DNA of 64,000 bases from Eledone cirrhosa (taxonomy: Eukaryota), in assembly GCA_964016885.1 (NCBI GenBank), contig OZ024742.1:328662001-328726000 (forward strand). Direction: 5' to 3'. The position numbers were made by a program, and so were the translations under genes. Numbering within the stretch: position 1 is the first letter of the stretch; every line of letters starts with the position of its first letter. The notes beneath the pieces were generated by a model, which was not told the origin of the DNA, did not search any database, and saw nothing but the letters and a program-made list of their open reading frames with translations. Positions 26,460 through 41,878 of the stretch are shown piece after piece.

Positions 26460-27340
26460 GTATTGTTATATTTGAGGGTGGTCATATTGCCAATATGTTC
26501 AATAGAAAGAAACACACACGCCATATAATGGCCAACCATAGATTACCTGTTTTAGACACAGAACTCTGCCTGAAACTAGGAATGCTAAAGCCCAAATCCT
26601 CCATACACATAGCCACTAAGTACCTGACCCACCAAAACTCATCTATTTCAAATAGTGCTACGTTCAATATCTTGATAGCAGACCTGGTGAGGCTGATGAG
26701 AAATGTGTCCCGCGAGTGTGATCCAACAGAGTTCAAGAGACACATACAGCATTTTATCTCCCGCATTTACAAGTATGCAAAGGAGACATGGCTAAATTCA
26801 AAACCATTATGAAGAATGATATGAATGGGCTTTACTCACCAAACAGGAGCACATGACGGAATAGCATAGAAATAACTATGAAGAAATACGGAAGACCAAC
26901 ACATTGTATGACAGCATAAAATACCAGTGTCATTGTTCGTTGATGCAAACCAAAGAGGCTGACAAGCGTTTGGTTTTAGTCAAAATGAGCCTTAGGATTA
27001 AAGTAGTAGAAAATCTGGGACATATCTTAAAATCCCGGATCAGTCGGACATACCCCTTTAGGAAAACCCTTTATACTAAAGAAACCTGTATAGTCAGTAA
27101 GATAAGCCCACAGCTAAACTGTAAAACAACAAATGTAATCTATAGGAAAAAATGTACAGAGGGAGGATGCAGAAACAAGACGACATACATAGGAGAGATG
27201 GCCCGTATACGAGTGAAAATAAAGGAAAATTAGCGAGGACTAAAGGTGGAGAAAAGTGGATCAGTGCTATACCAACATGTCAAGCTAGAACAAGAGGGCT
27301 CAATAGATAATATAACAATATATATCCTATCCAAATAGAA
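26460..27340 (+). mobile_element. 5'-truncated PLE family B fragment with inverted terminus
   Basis: 26460-26520 is the reverse complement of the 3017-3064-type end, fused to [38 protein letters not shown]. Confidence 0.85.
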
Positions 27341-27469
27341 CTGACGCAATACTTACATAAATTACATATTACACACATAATAAGATCAACACCATGTGCT
27401 CGGTTTGCCAAGGTGTTTCCCTCTCGTTACTTTTGTATGTACTGACTCTGAAGCCATTACTACACAAAT

Positions 27470-27650
27470 TGGACATGCTTTATGGCTCGGAGATACGGCC
27501 CTTGACATTTTGTGTTCAAATCTCTCGGAGGTTAGCTTTACCTTTCATCCTTACGGGGTCGATGAAATAAAGCCCCAGTAATGCACTGGAGTCGATTTAA
27601 TCGACTTTCCACTCCCCTTGGTGGCCTTTTGCCCAAAGAAGAAACAATTA
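27470..27650 (+). mobile_element. SINE (5'-degenerate)
   Basis: SINE core and 3' end followed by (TTA)n. Confidence 0.7.
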
Positions 27651-27681
27651 TTATTATTATTATTATTACTATTATTATTAT

Positions 27682-28590
27682 ATTTTACTTTACGAAGTAT
27701 GTGAATTTGTTAGAACTATCTTTTGCATTTCATAGAGGGTAGGTTTACCAGGTATGTTTTCCAGCAACTTTTGAACACATATCTTTATGGCATCTAGATC
27801 TCATATCAATAACGGAATAGCTTGTGTTTTAAGGTACCACATTCTGTTTACCTCAACTTTTAGATCTTTATATTTAGCAAGTTTCTTATAAACTTTTGCT
27901 GACACATTTCTATCAGACAGTACAGTCATGCCAATGAGGAAGCTGGTCTTTTTTTTATCTTTGATAATAATACCAGGGCAATTTTCATTAATAGTGCGGT
28001 CTGTGTGAATGGTAAAGTCCCAAATAATTGTTACACCTTCAGTTTGAGTTAGTGGTTGTGGTTTGTGTTCATACCAGTTTTCTGCATTGTATTCTTTGAA
28101 TATTATCCAGTGGATATATTGCCCCACCCTATCATGTGTAAAGTTATATTCAGTTAGTCATAGAGTGGAACATCCTGATATTATGGAGTCAATTATTTCA
28201 AGATGAACGTCACATATCCTGCATTTGGGGTCTGTTCCCTTTCTGAGAATATTTACCTGATAATTCATTGCTCTGGGCAGCAAAAATAAAGCTTTCCGTT
28301 TCACCTTTTAATTCATGAACTTCCTAGCCACTGATGGGTTTGTGCTTGATCTACGCCAGCAATTTGTGTGCGAAGTGGGATTTGGTCGTGCTGATGTTCT
28401 TGTTGCCATCTAACAGTAAATGTTTTTAAACTTCCTAGCTTTGATTTGCTTCTCTGAATTTTTGCTGCTTTTGTAGGAATTAGGTCAGCTTTATTATTTA
28501 CGTGTATGACTTCAATTTTTTATTCTTTCTCTTACTTTCTCTTACCTCCATCTTTGAATACTGAATGGAGTTTCTTTCGGTTTTCGTTTT
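27682..28590 (-). mobile_element. R4/Dong-like non-LTR retrotransposon 3' fragment (RLE endonuclease)
   Basis: KCRIC zinc-finger region; GQYIHW..WYEHKP..IIWDFTIHTDRTI..KKLAKYKDL; (TAA)n on both sides. Confidence 0.85.
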
Positions 28591-28613
28591 TATTATTATT
28601 AGTATTATCATCA

Positions 28614-28833
28614 AGGGCTGTGGATGGGAAGTATCGGTAGAGGGTCGTACGCCATACTTTGCAGCAGAGAGTTACGGCCCTTTATGATCTGAGATCAAAT
28701 CCCGCCGAGGTTAAATTTGCCTTTCATCCTTACGGGGTCGATAAAATAAAGTTCCAGTCACACACTGGGGTCGATTTAATAGACTTCCTCGTCTCCCAAA
28801 ATTGCTGGCCTTGTGCCTATATAAGAAACCATT
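28614..28833 (+). mobile_element. SINE
   Basis: Full match to the SINE family. Confidence 0.85.
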
Positions 28834-29295
28834 ATTGTTACAAGTGATACTACGAGTACTAACTAACGTCTCGTACTTGTTATGATTATAGCTACTTCTA
28901 CTACTACTGACATTACGGGTCGATTTATTTGGTGGTCTGGAATTTGTTGCTATTGCTGCTGTTATTGATGTTGCTGTTGTTATCGATGTTATCGTAGTTA
29001 CAGCTGTTGTTGTTGTCGGTGTTGTTGCCGCTTGATGAGTAATTGTAAGCTGATACCAATGCCACACGGTAACAAACTCCATACCACCTCCCCAAGGGTG
29101 TTCATTGTCCCATGTCCAACATTGATAACATTGCCTTATCAGTCTAGAAATGCCTGAAAGTGAACGCCTGACTGAGCATCAACCCTTCCGGTTCTCACAC
29201 CCGTGCCCATACACACTCGGACATATATATATATATATAAATATACACACAATAGAATACACAGGAGAAACACACACACACACACATACATATAT

Positions 29296-29497
29296 ATTTT
29301 CGCTTACATGTTTTAATCTGTTTATTGTGTATCGAACTGTTATACGTATTTCGGAAATGTTTGACTCACAATTACCCATGAAAATTATGGACCCGACTCC
29401 AGTATCATTTTCCATACAGTAACTTTGAGTCAAATATTTTCGAAACGCGCGTAACATCTCGCTATATAATAAAAAGATAAATACATGTAAACGAAAC
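29296..29497. repeat. Diverged palindromic element with decayed HHR halves
   Basis: TTTCGCTTACATGTTTTAATC..ATTTCGGAAATGTTTGACTCA versus TGAGTCAAATATTTTCGAAACGCGCGTA..GATAAATACATGTAAACGAAA. Confidence 0.6.
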
Positions 29498-29627
29498 TTT
29501 ATCGTTTTTCTTTATATATATACTGCCACATACACCTCAATATATATACATATATATTGAGGTGTATGTGGGAGTATTTGTGTGTGTATGAGTGTGTGTA
29601 TATATATTTAGTCTTCACATTTAATAT

Positions 29628-29665
<38 letters not shown>

Positions 29666-29672
<7 letters not shown>

Positions 29673-29845
29673 ATGTAGAAAGGCTTTTGGCTTTTACAGG
29701 ACTAGAACTGTTTCATTCCGGAGAAATCATGAGGTAGCCCAGGGCTAGTCTTGTAGAAGCCTTTCTACATTAAATATTTATACTCTGCTTTGTATTGAGT
29801 ACCTTACTTACTGTGGTTAGCCCCAATTGAACCCGGGATAAACTT
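29666..29845. mobile_element. Short hairpin element plus tail between (TA)n tracts
   Basis: ATATTTAATGTAGAAAGGCTT..TACAGGACTAG / CTAGTCTTGTAG AAGCCTTTCTACATTAAATAT; minus strand GGCTAC-CTCATGA-TTTCTCCGGAAT-GAAA-CAGT-TC-TAGTC; tail TATTGAGTAC is shared with 47716-47905. Confidence 0.7.
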
Positions 29846-29846
29846 A

Positions 29847-29912
<66 letters not shown>

Positions 29913-32596
29913 TACACCCAAGATTTATGATGGTTCCACTCGGCAGACTAATAACACGATTATCATTTTCTTCCCTGAAACATTAAAACAGTTTTCTCTA
30001 ATCTTTAACTGTCATGAAAATCACGCTAAAACTATGACACATCAGAGACACAAGCGTAAAAAGTGAACACAAATGTATTTTTCTCTTGTGTATCAAGTTT
30101 ATAATGTCGGCTGCACTATTCCTTTATTTAGTTATGTATAACAATGGTGTCATCATATTGTCATTTCTCTATAATCCTCTCTTTAGCTATGCTTCTCACA
30201 CCCACATTTAGTCCTCGAGACACACATACATATACACATATATACATGTATACACACGCATACACATTCACACCTAACTTTCCATCCACACACATATGTA
30301 AGTTCACACATACATGCAGAGACGCACACACATACGGTCACATTCACTTCTAATTTCCGTCAGACAGCACACACACACACACACACACTGAAGATTATAT
30401 ACATATATTTCACCATCGTCGTTGTCGTCATCATCATCATCTTCATCATCGTCATTGTCGTCGTCATCCCCATCGTCATCATCATCACCATCGTCATCAT
30501 CATCTTCATTATCGTCGTCGTCATGATTATCATTATTGTTTTATTTTTGTGTGTATTTTCCCTAGTTTATTATGTTTATTATGTTCTTTTAAACAATTTT
30601 TCTAATGTCTTCTATGTATTATGATTCTGACCCAGCCTTCACTCCTTGGTTTTTTGTAACTCTATTTTGTTAATCCCCTCGGTTTTTTTTATAACCTCTT
30701 TAAACTTAATTATTTAATGTCATTGTATCTTTCATGAAGTTGTATCTTATTGCTCTTAATGGCTTAATAACTCATTATTTTTGCAAGTTCCTTTTTTAAA
30801 ATGTGAAATCGTGTCTTTAAACTGATATTGCTGTAATTGGGACGTGTCTTCATGCTAATAAAAGAGCACTAGTTGAATTTCATTTCAGTTATAATAATCA
30901 ATTAGATAATTTGTGAGTCAATTGGTTCTATAAAGATTTTTCGTTTTTTTTTCTTTCCGCTTGTGACCAGATCGATAGTTGTCTTTCTCATGTACCTCCT
31001 ACACTTTAATTCTTATTTCACGTGACGTGTGTGCCTCTCAGAACCTATACAGTCATTGAAGGACAAATTGCATCAGGGCACACAGGCACTGATATGGATG
31101 CAATATTCAAGGTGTTGGAGGCAGGTTTTCAATTCTTTTGTAATAATTACTGCATCATCTACAACAAACGCATCGTTTAAACTTTTAGGAAAATGTCCAA
31201 CCCACCCACCTGCAATCACTCTCGATGTAACACAAAAAAAATCCATTCACGGAAACCATTAGGGCCTCATGAGATGATGATAGAATTTCGTACTTTTATA
31301 AGAATCAACAGCAACTTGAATGTCATGTGAAAGACACTTTTACGAAATATTCTGCATCAGCCTGAATGATCATTGTAGTTGAAATGTTATATTCTTGTAA
31401 TGTGTAAGTGCTAGATTCTGCTGCATAATTTACAGCTCTCCATTTTCTAATACACTGTGGGCATTGTGATTTGCAGGCAGGATTTTATGACTAACTGTCA
31501 TGAAACTCTTCTGATTTCGTCATATCTTCTATCCCGGAAAAGCGATTTTGCAAATTCCTTTTTACAGCAGGGTCGTCTATCTAATAGATATTCTATCTGC
31601 GAGGAATCGTGACTGACCTAACTTACTGCGGCCATCCTAATTAACAAATATAACTTTGCTCACACTCACGTATATTCTGCCCACCACGCTGAAACATAAA
31701 ATGACTTCACATTTCTGTTAATACAAATATAAAACTTGCGAATATTTGCCAAGCCTTAGAGTTTAGAGGTGAGACAAACTTTGTCTGTCTGGGCAATACG
31801 AAGACCAACATATTCATACAATTCTAGAAGAATGAGATCGTTGTTACTTATCTTGTCTAGGCCATAACGATCCAGAAGATTCTACGTTTGCCAATCTGCT
31901 TCAATTCTCACATTGAAATTCTCGAGTAAAAGAACCATGTGTGAATTTTCCTGGGTACTGTTCTCAGCTGAGTGTAGAACGTATGTTTGTGTTCGTGAGG
32001 TTTGGTTAGAGTAGTAACATCGGTACATTCACTCTCACATTCAAACATTGTTATTACATTACAATACAATACTAAATATTCATTTTCAACCAGACATTAA
32101 AGTTTCGTTTAGTTTTCCGAGAGTTTAATTGACATCTATCATGTCACGTAAAAATGACTAGATCAAAAACGACAGAGGATGATTCTGTTTCTTTTTTATT
32201 CTGCTCTCTCCCACACTCTCTCTCCATTTCTCTCTCTTATAGACACACGCACACACATACACATGTATATATATATGTATTTGATTTGTAATAAATTGAA
32301 ATGATTAGATGTATCTGAACATATATTTCTTGAAAGAAAATGATTGTATTGCCAGAAGACTTGGTCTAATGAGAAAGGAAACTTAACACCTGTCTTATGA
32401 CGTATGAATTCAATAACGAAAATTCAAATTTCGATGGTAAAACATATTGCAACCGACTGATAAAATGGTACCAACACAATTTCTTCCTGGACCAAAACTG
32501 CGACAGTATAGAAGTATTGATAGATTCCGAATGTTCACTGCTCCAATTAGACTGCAAGGAAATGATAAGGAAATATAAAATACCCTTGATAAAAAT

Positions 32597-32745
32597 AATT
32601 GTTTCTACTTTGGGCACAAGTCCACCAATTATCCCAGTACATTACTGGTGCTTTATTTTATCGACCCCGTAAGGATGAAAGGCAAAGTTAACCTCGGTCG
32701 GATTTGAAGTCAAATCATAAAGGGCCGTAATTCGATTTTGCCAAC
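32597..32745 (-). mobile_element. SINE (truncated)
   Basis: Reverse SINE core. Confidence 0.8.
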
Positions 32746-33305
32746 CCACAGAACACAATCGTGTTTTCAATACAAGATATATATACTTAAAATCACAGAT
32801 AAATATATACACATATGTAACTCCATTCATACACAGACAAACGCTGACATTAAAATGTGTATACGCGCGTGTGCATGTGTGCGTATGTATATTCTGATTT
32901 AGTGCCTTTATGTATGTATGTATGTAGGTAGGTAGGTATAGATGGATGGATGTAGGAACATAGGTAGGTAGTAGGTAGTAAGGCAGGTAGGAAGGTAGGT
33001 ATGTATGTAGGTAAGTATGGAGCTAGGTAGCTAGTTTAGGTAGCTAGGTAAGTAGGGAGGGTAGGATAGGTTAGGGAGTTACGTATGTAAGCAGGTAGGC
33101 AGGTAGCTAGGTAGATAGGTAGATGTAAGCATGTATAATTGAGTGAGTGGATTTTATAAGAGTTTATATCTGTATAATCATCCCGGTATGTCTCGAGAGA
33201 TTTACATCTTTTCATCTTTTGATTTTTTTACCATTTCTGATTTGTGGGTATCAAACATGACACGAGATGAGATAGTACATATAAGAAACAACGCATAATA
33301 CAGTG

Positions 33306-33953
<648 letters not shown>

Positions 33954-33962
33954 AAAGTTGAA

Positions 33963-34068
33963 ATAAAATGAAAACGAAATTTCATTTCTCACTGTTAGTA
34001 CGGCACTTACTTAAATGTAAGTATGTGTGTATACGTACATACATATATGTATACAGACGTACAGTAGC

Positions 34069-34143
<75 letters not shown>

Positions 34144-34410
34144 TACACATATATACATACAGGTACACATACATATATGCACGTATCAGTTTAGCGGACG
34201 CTTATTATAACGCCGCTTTGTTCATTTGTAAACAAACTGAACAGCCTGAATTTTATGCCGTATGGTGTTAAGGCAACCACGTCACCTTTTTGTTCAACAC
34301 TGACACAGGAACGATGTACTAGTTTCAAGCTTGTTAGCTATCATCAGCACCGTATACCCTTCTGCCAGATAATTGAACGTTCGAAAGTATATACTTTCCT
34401 AATGAAAATT
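33963..34410 (-). mobile_element. Family A element, partial unit, with HHR at 34311-34353
   Basis: ACGGTG-CTGATGA-TAGCT AACA AGCTT-GAAA-CTAG-TA-CATCGT on the minus strand. Confidence 0.82.
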
Positions 34411-34450
34411 AACGGCTGTATACATATATGTATGTACGTATACACACATA

Positions 34451-34619
<169 letters not shown>

Positions 34620-35298
34620 GTGTGTGCGTGTGTCTGTGTGTGTTTGTGTGTTTGCGCGTGTGTGTCTATATACAAGATGGATGCACCTGTAATTTAAAGG
34701 TGCAGCCTCGCCACGTATTCTATCACGGAGAATCGACTGGAGAATTCTGTTAAGAATAAACATGTCATGCTCAGCTATTTGGACATTAATATCTCGAACA
34801 AGCTGTTCCGTTGATCGAATATCTGGAATATTCATCGTAGAAACCGACGGCAGTCCATATCAATTACAATTATACTTCCATCTGACGTTTTTGGCTATAG
34901 GGGTGTCTGGGAATGGAGATTTGGTGGCGGTGTGCTAGTGTTGTTTTTGCGTTTTATTTTAGATATATTCTCTCATATATCACCTTATATAAGACACTTC
35001 TCTGACAAATTACAAGCGAAACATTTATATCACTTTGAATATCTTTCTTTGTGTGAGGGTGCCGCCTTGCTATGTCTACATCTATGTCTTATGTATGTGT
35101 GTGTTTGTGTATCACTCTGTGTGTTAGGCGCACGCGTATGAGTGTCTGTGAGTGTGTGTGTGGTTATGTATATGTAGATTAATATATTTCTGTAATATAT
35201 ATATTTCATTCACAGCCTTCTCTCTCTTTTGTATCTATCTTTGACTACCTCTGTCTTTATGTGTCTTTGTATGTACGTCCTTCTCTCCTCTCTTTCTG

Positions 35299-35335
<37 letters not shown>

Positions 35336-35369
35336 TTTCTCTCTTCTCTCTCAAATATATATGTGTGTA

Positions 35370-35400
<31 letters not shown>

Positions 35401-35401
35401 G

Positions 35402-35455
<54 letters not shown>

Positions 35456-35718
35456 ATATATATATATATGTGTGTAAGTAGGTTTATGTATATGAATATA
35501 GTATGTATATATATAGTGAATGACTCTCTGTGTACGGATACGCTCAAAAACATGAAGTATTCACTCCATCTCTCTTTCTCTTTCACTCACTCTATCTTTC
35601 ATTATATATGTATGTATGTGTATATTTAAATATATATGTTTATGTGTGTGTGTGTGTGTATATATATATATGTGAATATATGTGAATATATATATGTATA
35701 TATATGTGAATATGTGTG

Positions 35719-35755
<37 letters not shown>

Positions 35756-36619
35756 AAGTTTGTGTTTGTATGCATGAGATTATATATTCGTGCGTGTATG
35801 TGTGTCGGGTGGTAGGACCTACTGATAGGAAGATCATCAGATATAAAATAAGTCAAAGCAAAGAAATCTCATCTTTAACGTCCTAACTCTACACTTGAAC
35901 CCCTTTTATCCTTGCACTCTATTTTCACAACCATTTTACACTGACACATATGTGCCTGTGTATATATATATACATACACACATATACACACGCACATATA
36001 TATAAATTACCACCCTCCTCCACCTTCTCTTAAGTCGGATATGAAGCTAACTGTCTACTTAAAGGAAAATGGAATTGTTGATGAATGAAACTGCTATCAG
36101 GTGAAACATCTGTTGAGTGGCTGCTGGTTGCGGTGGGGTGGGTACCTCTCTCTCTAGTTTTAGCAGTAACCCTCAGTGCTGACATTAAATTGGCCCTGCC
36201 CCCATTTCTACCCACTCTTATCTTCACTACAACTTAGCCTCGTTCCATAATGGGAAATCTTTCTGCCAGGCTGACTACAGTTGGTTACGTTGCATAAGCG
36301 TCTGATTGATGTCTTCATCACTCCATACTGACAGGTGTCTGTGTTTGTGTGGGATAATATGTAACGAAAGGGGAGTGGGTGGGGTGGGGGATATTGTCTA
36401 TTTGAGAGCTAGGTGAGTAGAAAAGTGTATATCTATGGCGGTATGTATGTATGTGTTTGTGTGTGCAAATGCACGTGTACGTGTATGTGTGTACGAATAT
36501 AAATAAATAAATAAATATATATATATATAATGACAGAGGGATCAAAATAAAGGTCGTATCCATTACATAATTAATACACCTGAAACTATGACAGTAACAA
36601 TAAAACAACACATTCTACA

Positions 36620-37429
<810 letters not shown>

Positions 37430-37562
37430 TATATGATCCTTCTGTTGTTGAGTGTTTATAAAATGTTGAATAGTAATTGTCATACATTCATAACATAACC
37501 GGAGTCAATATCACAATATCGTACAACTGAATTTTAAATATCAAGGAAGTCAAAACAAAGCC

Positions 37563-37635
<73 letters not shown>

Positions 37636-37699
37636 AACAGCATACCGGAATGAACACCGCAAATCATTTGAATCATCGTTCTAACTATAGTGTCTACTT

Positions 37700-38350
37700 G
37701 TCGCTATTGTTTTACTAACACGGGATATTGCAAACCTACTGAAACTCATCAATACTTATATATCTTTAAGCTACAAGCGAACTATATGTTCGGAGAGACA
37801 TGAAATCATCCAGTGTTTTGTGTAACCAAGGACTAAGGACTAAAATTATCCAATGTTACTATATATTCATTAATCACTGGCGTATTATTTTTGTACCTGT
37901 CTAAGGATTTAAAGATGTCACCAGAGCTGGGGACTTATATTTAGCGCCCTTGTCTAACACTAAAATATACGTTCAATTTTTCTGTATATATGCCCTTTCC
38001 TCCAAAAGAAAATATTTTCAACTTACAATTTCGCAAGCTGACAAACCTAGTTTTCTTACATTTCCTGCAGAAAGTAAGAAAATTACTAATCCTATATTTC
38101 CTATAGTACAGTCCACATTCACCCACGCAAATGGTGTTACAAATCCTATCATACGGCTCTCTACGTTGCATAGGATATTTCTACAACGCTGCTGCGCGGC
38201 AAAGATGTTAGCGACATACTTATTGATCGTTGGAAATTATTATTTTTACAACTATTTTTATACAAATTTGTATAAAATGTTTGATTCAGTAAGGATCAGT
38301 AATGCACCTTTCTGAAATGTGTACCATAAGCGGCTATCTAGTTGGTCTAA
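37700..38350 (-). pseudogene. Decayed PLE-like Cys-linker/GIY-YIG remnant
   Basis: Traces such as RKCKKTR..VS(C) and ..TGTK.IRQ.LMN; heavily degenerate. Confidence 0.3.
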
Positions 38351-40039
38351 ATGGTATCATCGATCGTAGATGTAGTGTGGAACTTCTGAATAGTATTACG
38401 TTTACGATCAGAGAAAAAGTAACACCTCTCCGATGGGCCTCTATAGTTTTAGATTACTAAATTTCACTCACATAACATGTGTTGACCGATGCAATAGTAT
38501 AGGGATCTTGACCATTGTGACATGCAAAGGCTTCGAATGTGAAACCACGAAGCTGTGAAATCAATCACGTAAACATACGGCAACTTTTAGTCCCATTAGA
38601 AAGTGTATCGTAACTAAATGACCGCAATTTCAGAATGTTTAATGAGTTTTCACACGGTCTTGTATGGTGGAATTGCAGAATTTCTTACGGCCTTACCACG
38701 AAATGGCCAGCTATAAGGCAACTATAAATCCCCTTGCGACTGCTTGTATGTATGTGTATGTATATGCATACGCAGAATTCATATACATATTCATACACCT
38801 CTCTAAGATGGTCAGTTCCCAAACGGTCGCTCATTCACACCTCAATCTCTAACAGCAGCCAGCTGCGTCACATTCCAACGTCCATATTGAAACCTTTGTA
38901 CAAACAAACATTCACACTCACATACATATACACACATTTACACACACACTAACACACAAACGTACACAGGCCGACGCATGTCCACTTAAAATATACAATG
39001 CCTACCCCCTCCTCTTTCTAAACCTCTCTAATACCTAAGAGACCCACTGACCAGCTCTTCTCCCAAATAGCTGACTGAATACACATTGTTTTTTCTCAAA
39101 AAATGTTTTCCCGTGCCTTCCTCTTCCCACTCTATCTTTCTATTTCATTTATTATTTCTCATTCTATCTGCTGATAAAGAACTAGTGTCCGAAAACTTAG
39201 GGCTCTTTTTCTACTATACAAAGCGTTAAACTAATATATTTCTTCATTGTAATGTGTCGTTTGTTTTGTTATTTCTGTTTACCTTTTGCACACACACAAG
39301 TGTGCAAACCTCCCCCATATATTTATATATATGTGGAGTATATTGAGAAGTTATTCGTTTGACTATTAAAACAACGTGTTGTTTCATGAAAAATTCACAT
39401 CAGCTACGTTAAAAAAAGCTACAAAGAAAGAACCATAGAAAATTATAAACACGAGTGTTAGAACATCCACATCCATTCTCTGTCTCACATATGTTAATCA
39501 ATCTCAGATGAAAAATAGCTATGACAGTTATTGCCCTGTTTGTTTGTGACGAGACACACGGACATCGTTATATAAAGCTTTGTTATGTCTTTTACAAATA
39601 TCTTTGTATCGTAAATGAAATGAAATCATTTTGGTGAGAAGCAAAATGAATATAATACACTTGCGTGAAACCAGTGTCGGCGCCTGTGTCGTTAGCGCCG
39701 TAGCTAAATAATACAATATGTACCTTCTTCGAGTTATGCGCCCGATTCTCCAATATGAAGTATTAGGTTGTTCAGACATTTTGTCATATCAACTTACTTA
39801 TTTCTTGACCTCAAGCAATTTGTATAAATCCTGTAATATTTCGTAATGTGCTTCTTTGTGTTTTGCCTACAAGGCGCCTGTCCAGTTGGCCTAAGGTTAG
39901 GATCAGACCTATCTAGAACGAAAGCAACATAGGAATAAGAGAGCCTCTATTTAGTCACTTGATATACTGTTTTTAAAATGTAAAGACACGTTGAATACTA
40001 TAGTAAAGCTGCAGGAGAACAAAGAGTCAAACTAGTAAT

Positions 40040-41045
40040 CCACAAAGGCAATCAAGTAATACAAGACGATGTTATACCGAATAATAAGGGCAGCTGCACA
40101 ATCATAAATTGCTCCAAGGCAAAAGTGATACTCTAGAAAGGAGCAACTGTAGATAAATAAAAGCAATGGAACAATATATGGAATTGATGGAAAGAGTCAT
40201 AGCACAACTAATTAGATAAAGACTCAAATTAGACGAGATGCAGTTTGGTGTTATGCCTGGATAAAGTACTACAGCTGCTCTCGTGTAAGTGAGGCAACCA
40301 CAAGAGAGGTTGCTAGTAAAAATATGTCACAATACCTAGCTTTGTTGACTAGAAAAGTCCTTTGACAGAGTACCCCGATCTAATCTGTGATCGTCCTAAA
40401 GGAAATTATGTGTAAAGGAAGGGCTGGTGAGATCCGATTAAGCCATGTACAGAAGGGATGTCAGCAAAGTGATAGTAGGAAGTGAGTGTAGTACTCAAGA
40501 TACAAGTAGTAGTTCATTCGGTTATTAGCCCACTACAACTCATAGTTTTCCAGGCTATTACTGAAGAGATTAAGACCCGATTTTATAACGTTGTCCTTAT
40601 ATGACTCGAATATTAGTTCCGACTATGGAAACATAATTTAGAATCAAAAGGTCTGAGTGTAAACTTAGCCAAAACTAAAGTGCTAGTGAGTATGAAAGAA
40701 GATAGGAACCTGATTCCTTCAGAGATGTGGCCTTGTTCATTATGGAGAAAGGAAGTAGACATAAACTCCATACGATGCACACAGTAAATCCTGGGTACAC
40801 AATAGATGTGGTGGGATAATGAGTTAACTAACAGAAAGTGACTTTGTATGTAGAATATGCTTATGGTTAACGGAGTTGCAGGAGAAGCTGGGTTTAAGAG
40901 AAATCCGATATGGTGTCCAGGAGAAAAAATTGGATTTGTATGGATACGTGATGCGTTTGGAGAATGATCGCTGGGTGAAAAAGTGCCAGAAAATACCAGT
41001 TTAAGGAAGAAGCGACGAGTGGAGAGAGATCGTGCTAACAAGGAC
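40040..41045 (+). mobile_element. Decayed RTE-clade LINE fragment
   Basis: KGK.D.LERSN, LDEMQFGVMPG, KSFDRVP, LESKGLSVNLAKTKVLV motifs across frames. Confidence 0.75.
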
Positions 41046-41776
41046 CCGTGCTTGCAAGTCCGAAAAGACGAACGCAAAAATGATGATAATGAGCATATAT
41101 TCATTTCCGGTAGAATAGCTTCGACATTTGAATGTGGAACATACACAGCAGTAACAGGTACCAGAAATATTCCCGTTCCTCTCATTAATAATTGGTCGAA
41201 CCATCGGCAGAATACTTATACCTTATCTATTTATCTATCGGTCACGAAAATATGAAAAGATATTGAACTTAGTATTATCTGCGATTTCTAAGCTCCTGTG
41301 AGAATCAGGTTGTTGGAGGTCATGAGTTTGACATAATGCTAATGGAGGATTTTGACTTTGTCATTCTTAGTTTCCAGACAGAGTACAGAGTCTAACGCAA
41401 GTGGTCTGTGGTTAAAGTGTTCTTCTTCTTCATTTGTTTTTCATGGTTTTATTTTTCGCAAATATCTTTGTATACGGGATCAGCCATTGCGAACATAATA
41501 TTATTAGGGTCCCTAGATAGATTCAAATGCAGGGACGTCTAGCTATATATATGATATTGTATGTTTAGTTTCTTTCTCAATTGATATTCATTTCGAGTCT
41601 GTAGCGAATTTTATTTGATAGAAATAGAATTGTAGAAATGTTTTTAAAAAATCATTATGATCTGACTATGAATAACCATCTTTCAATAGTTTCATAAAGT
41701 TGGTATCATGGCATATGAGGCATGTTGGACATCTTAGACGTAGACCATATTTCTCCGATTTCTTCCTTAGAGGCCT

Positions 41777-41878
<102 letters not shown>

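Noticed and set aside
36030-36330. Unique island with short ORFs and homeobox-like sites (also ~18200-18420 and ~22370-22800)
   Set aside because: Could be regulatory, but nothing in the sequence alone supports a call.
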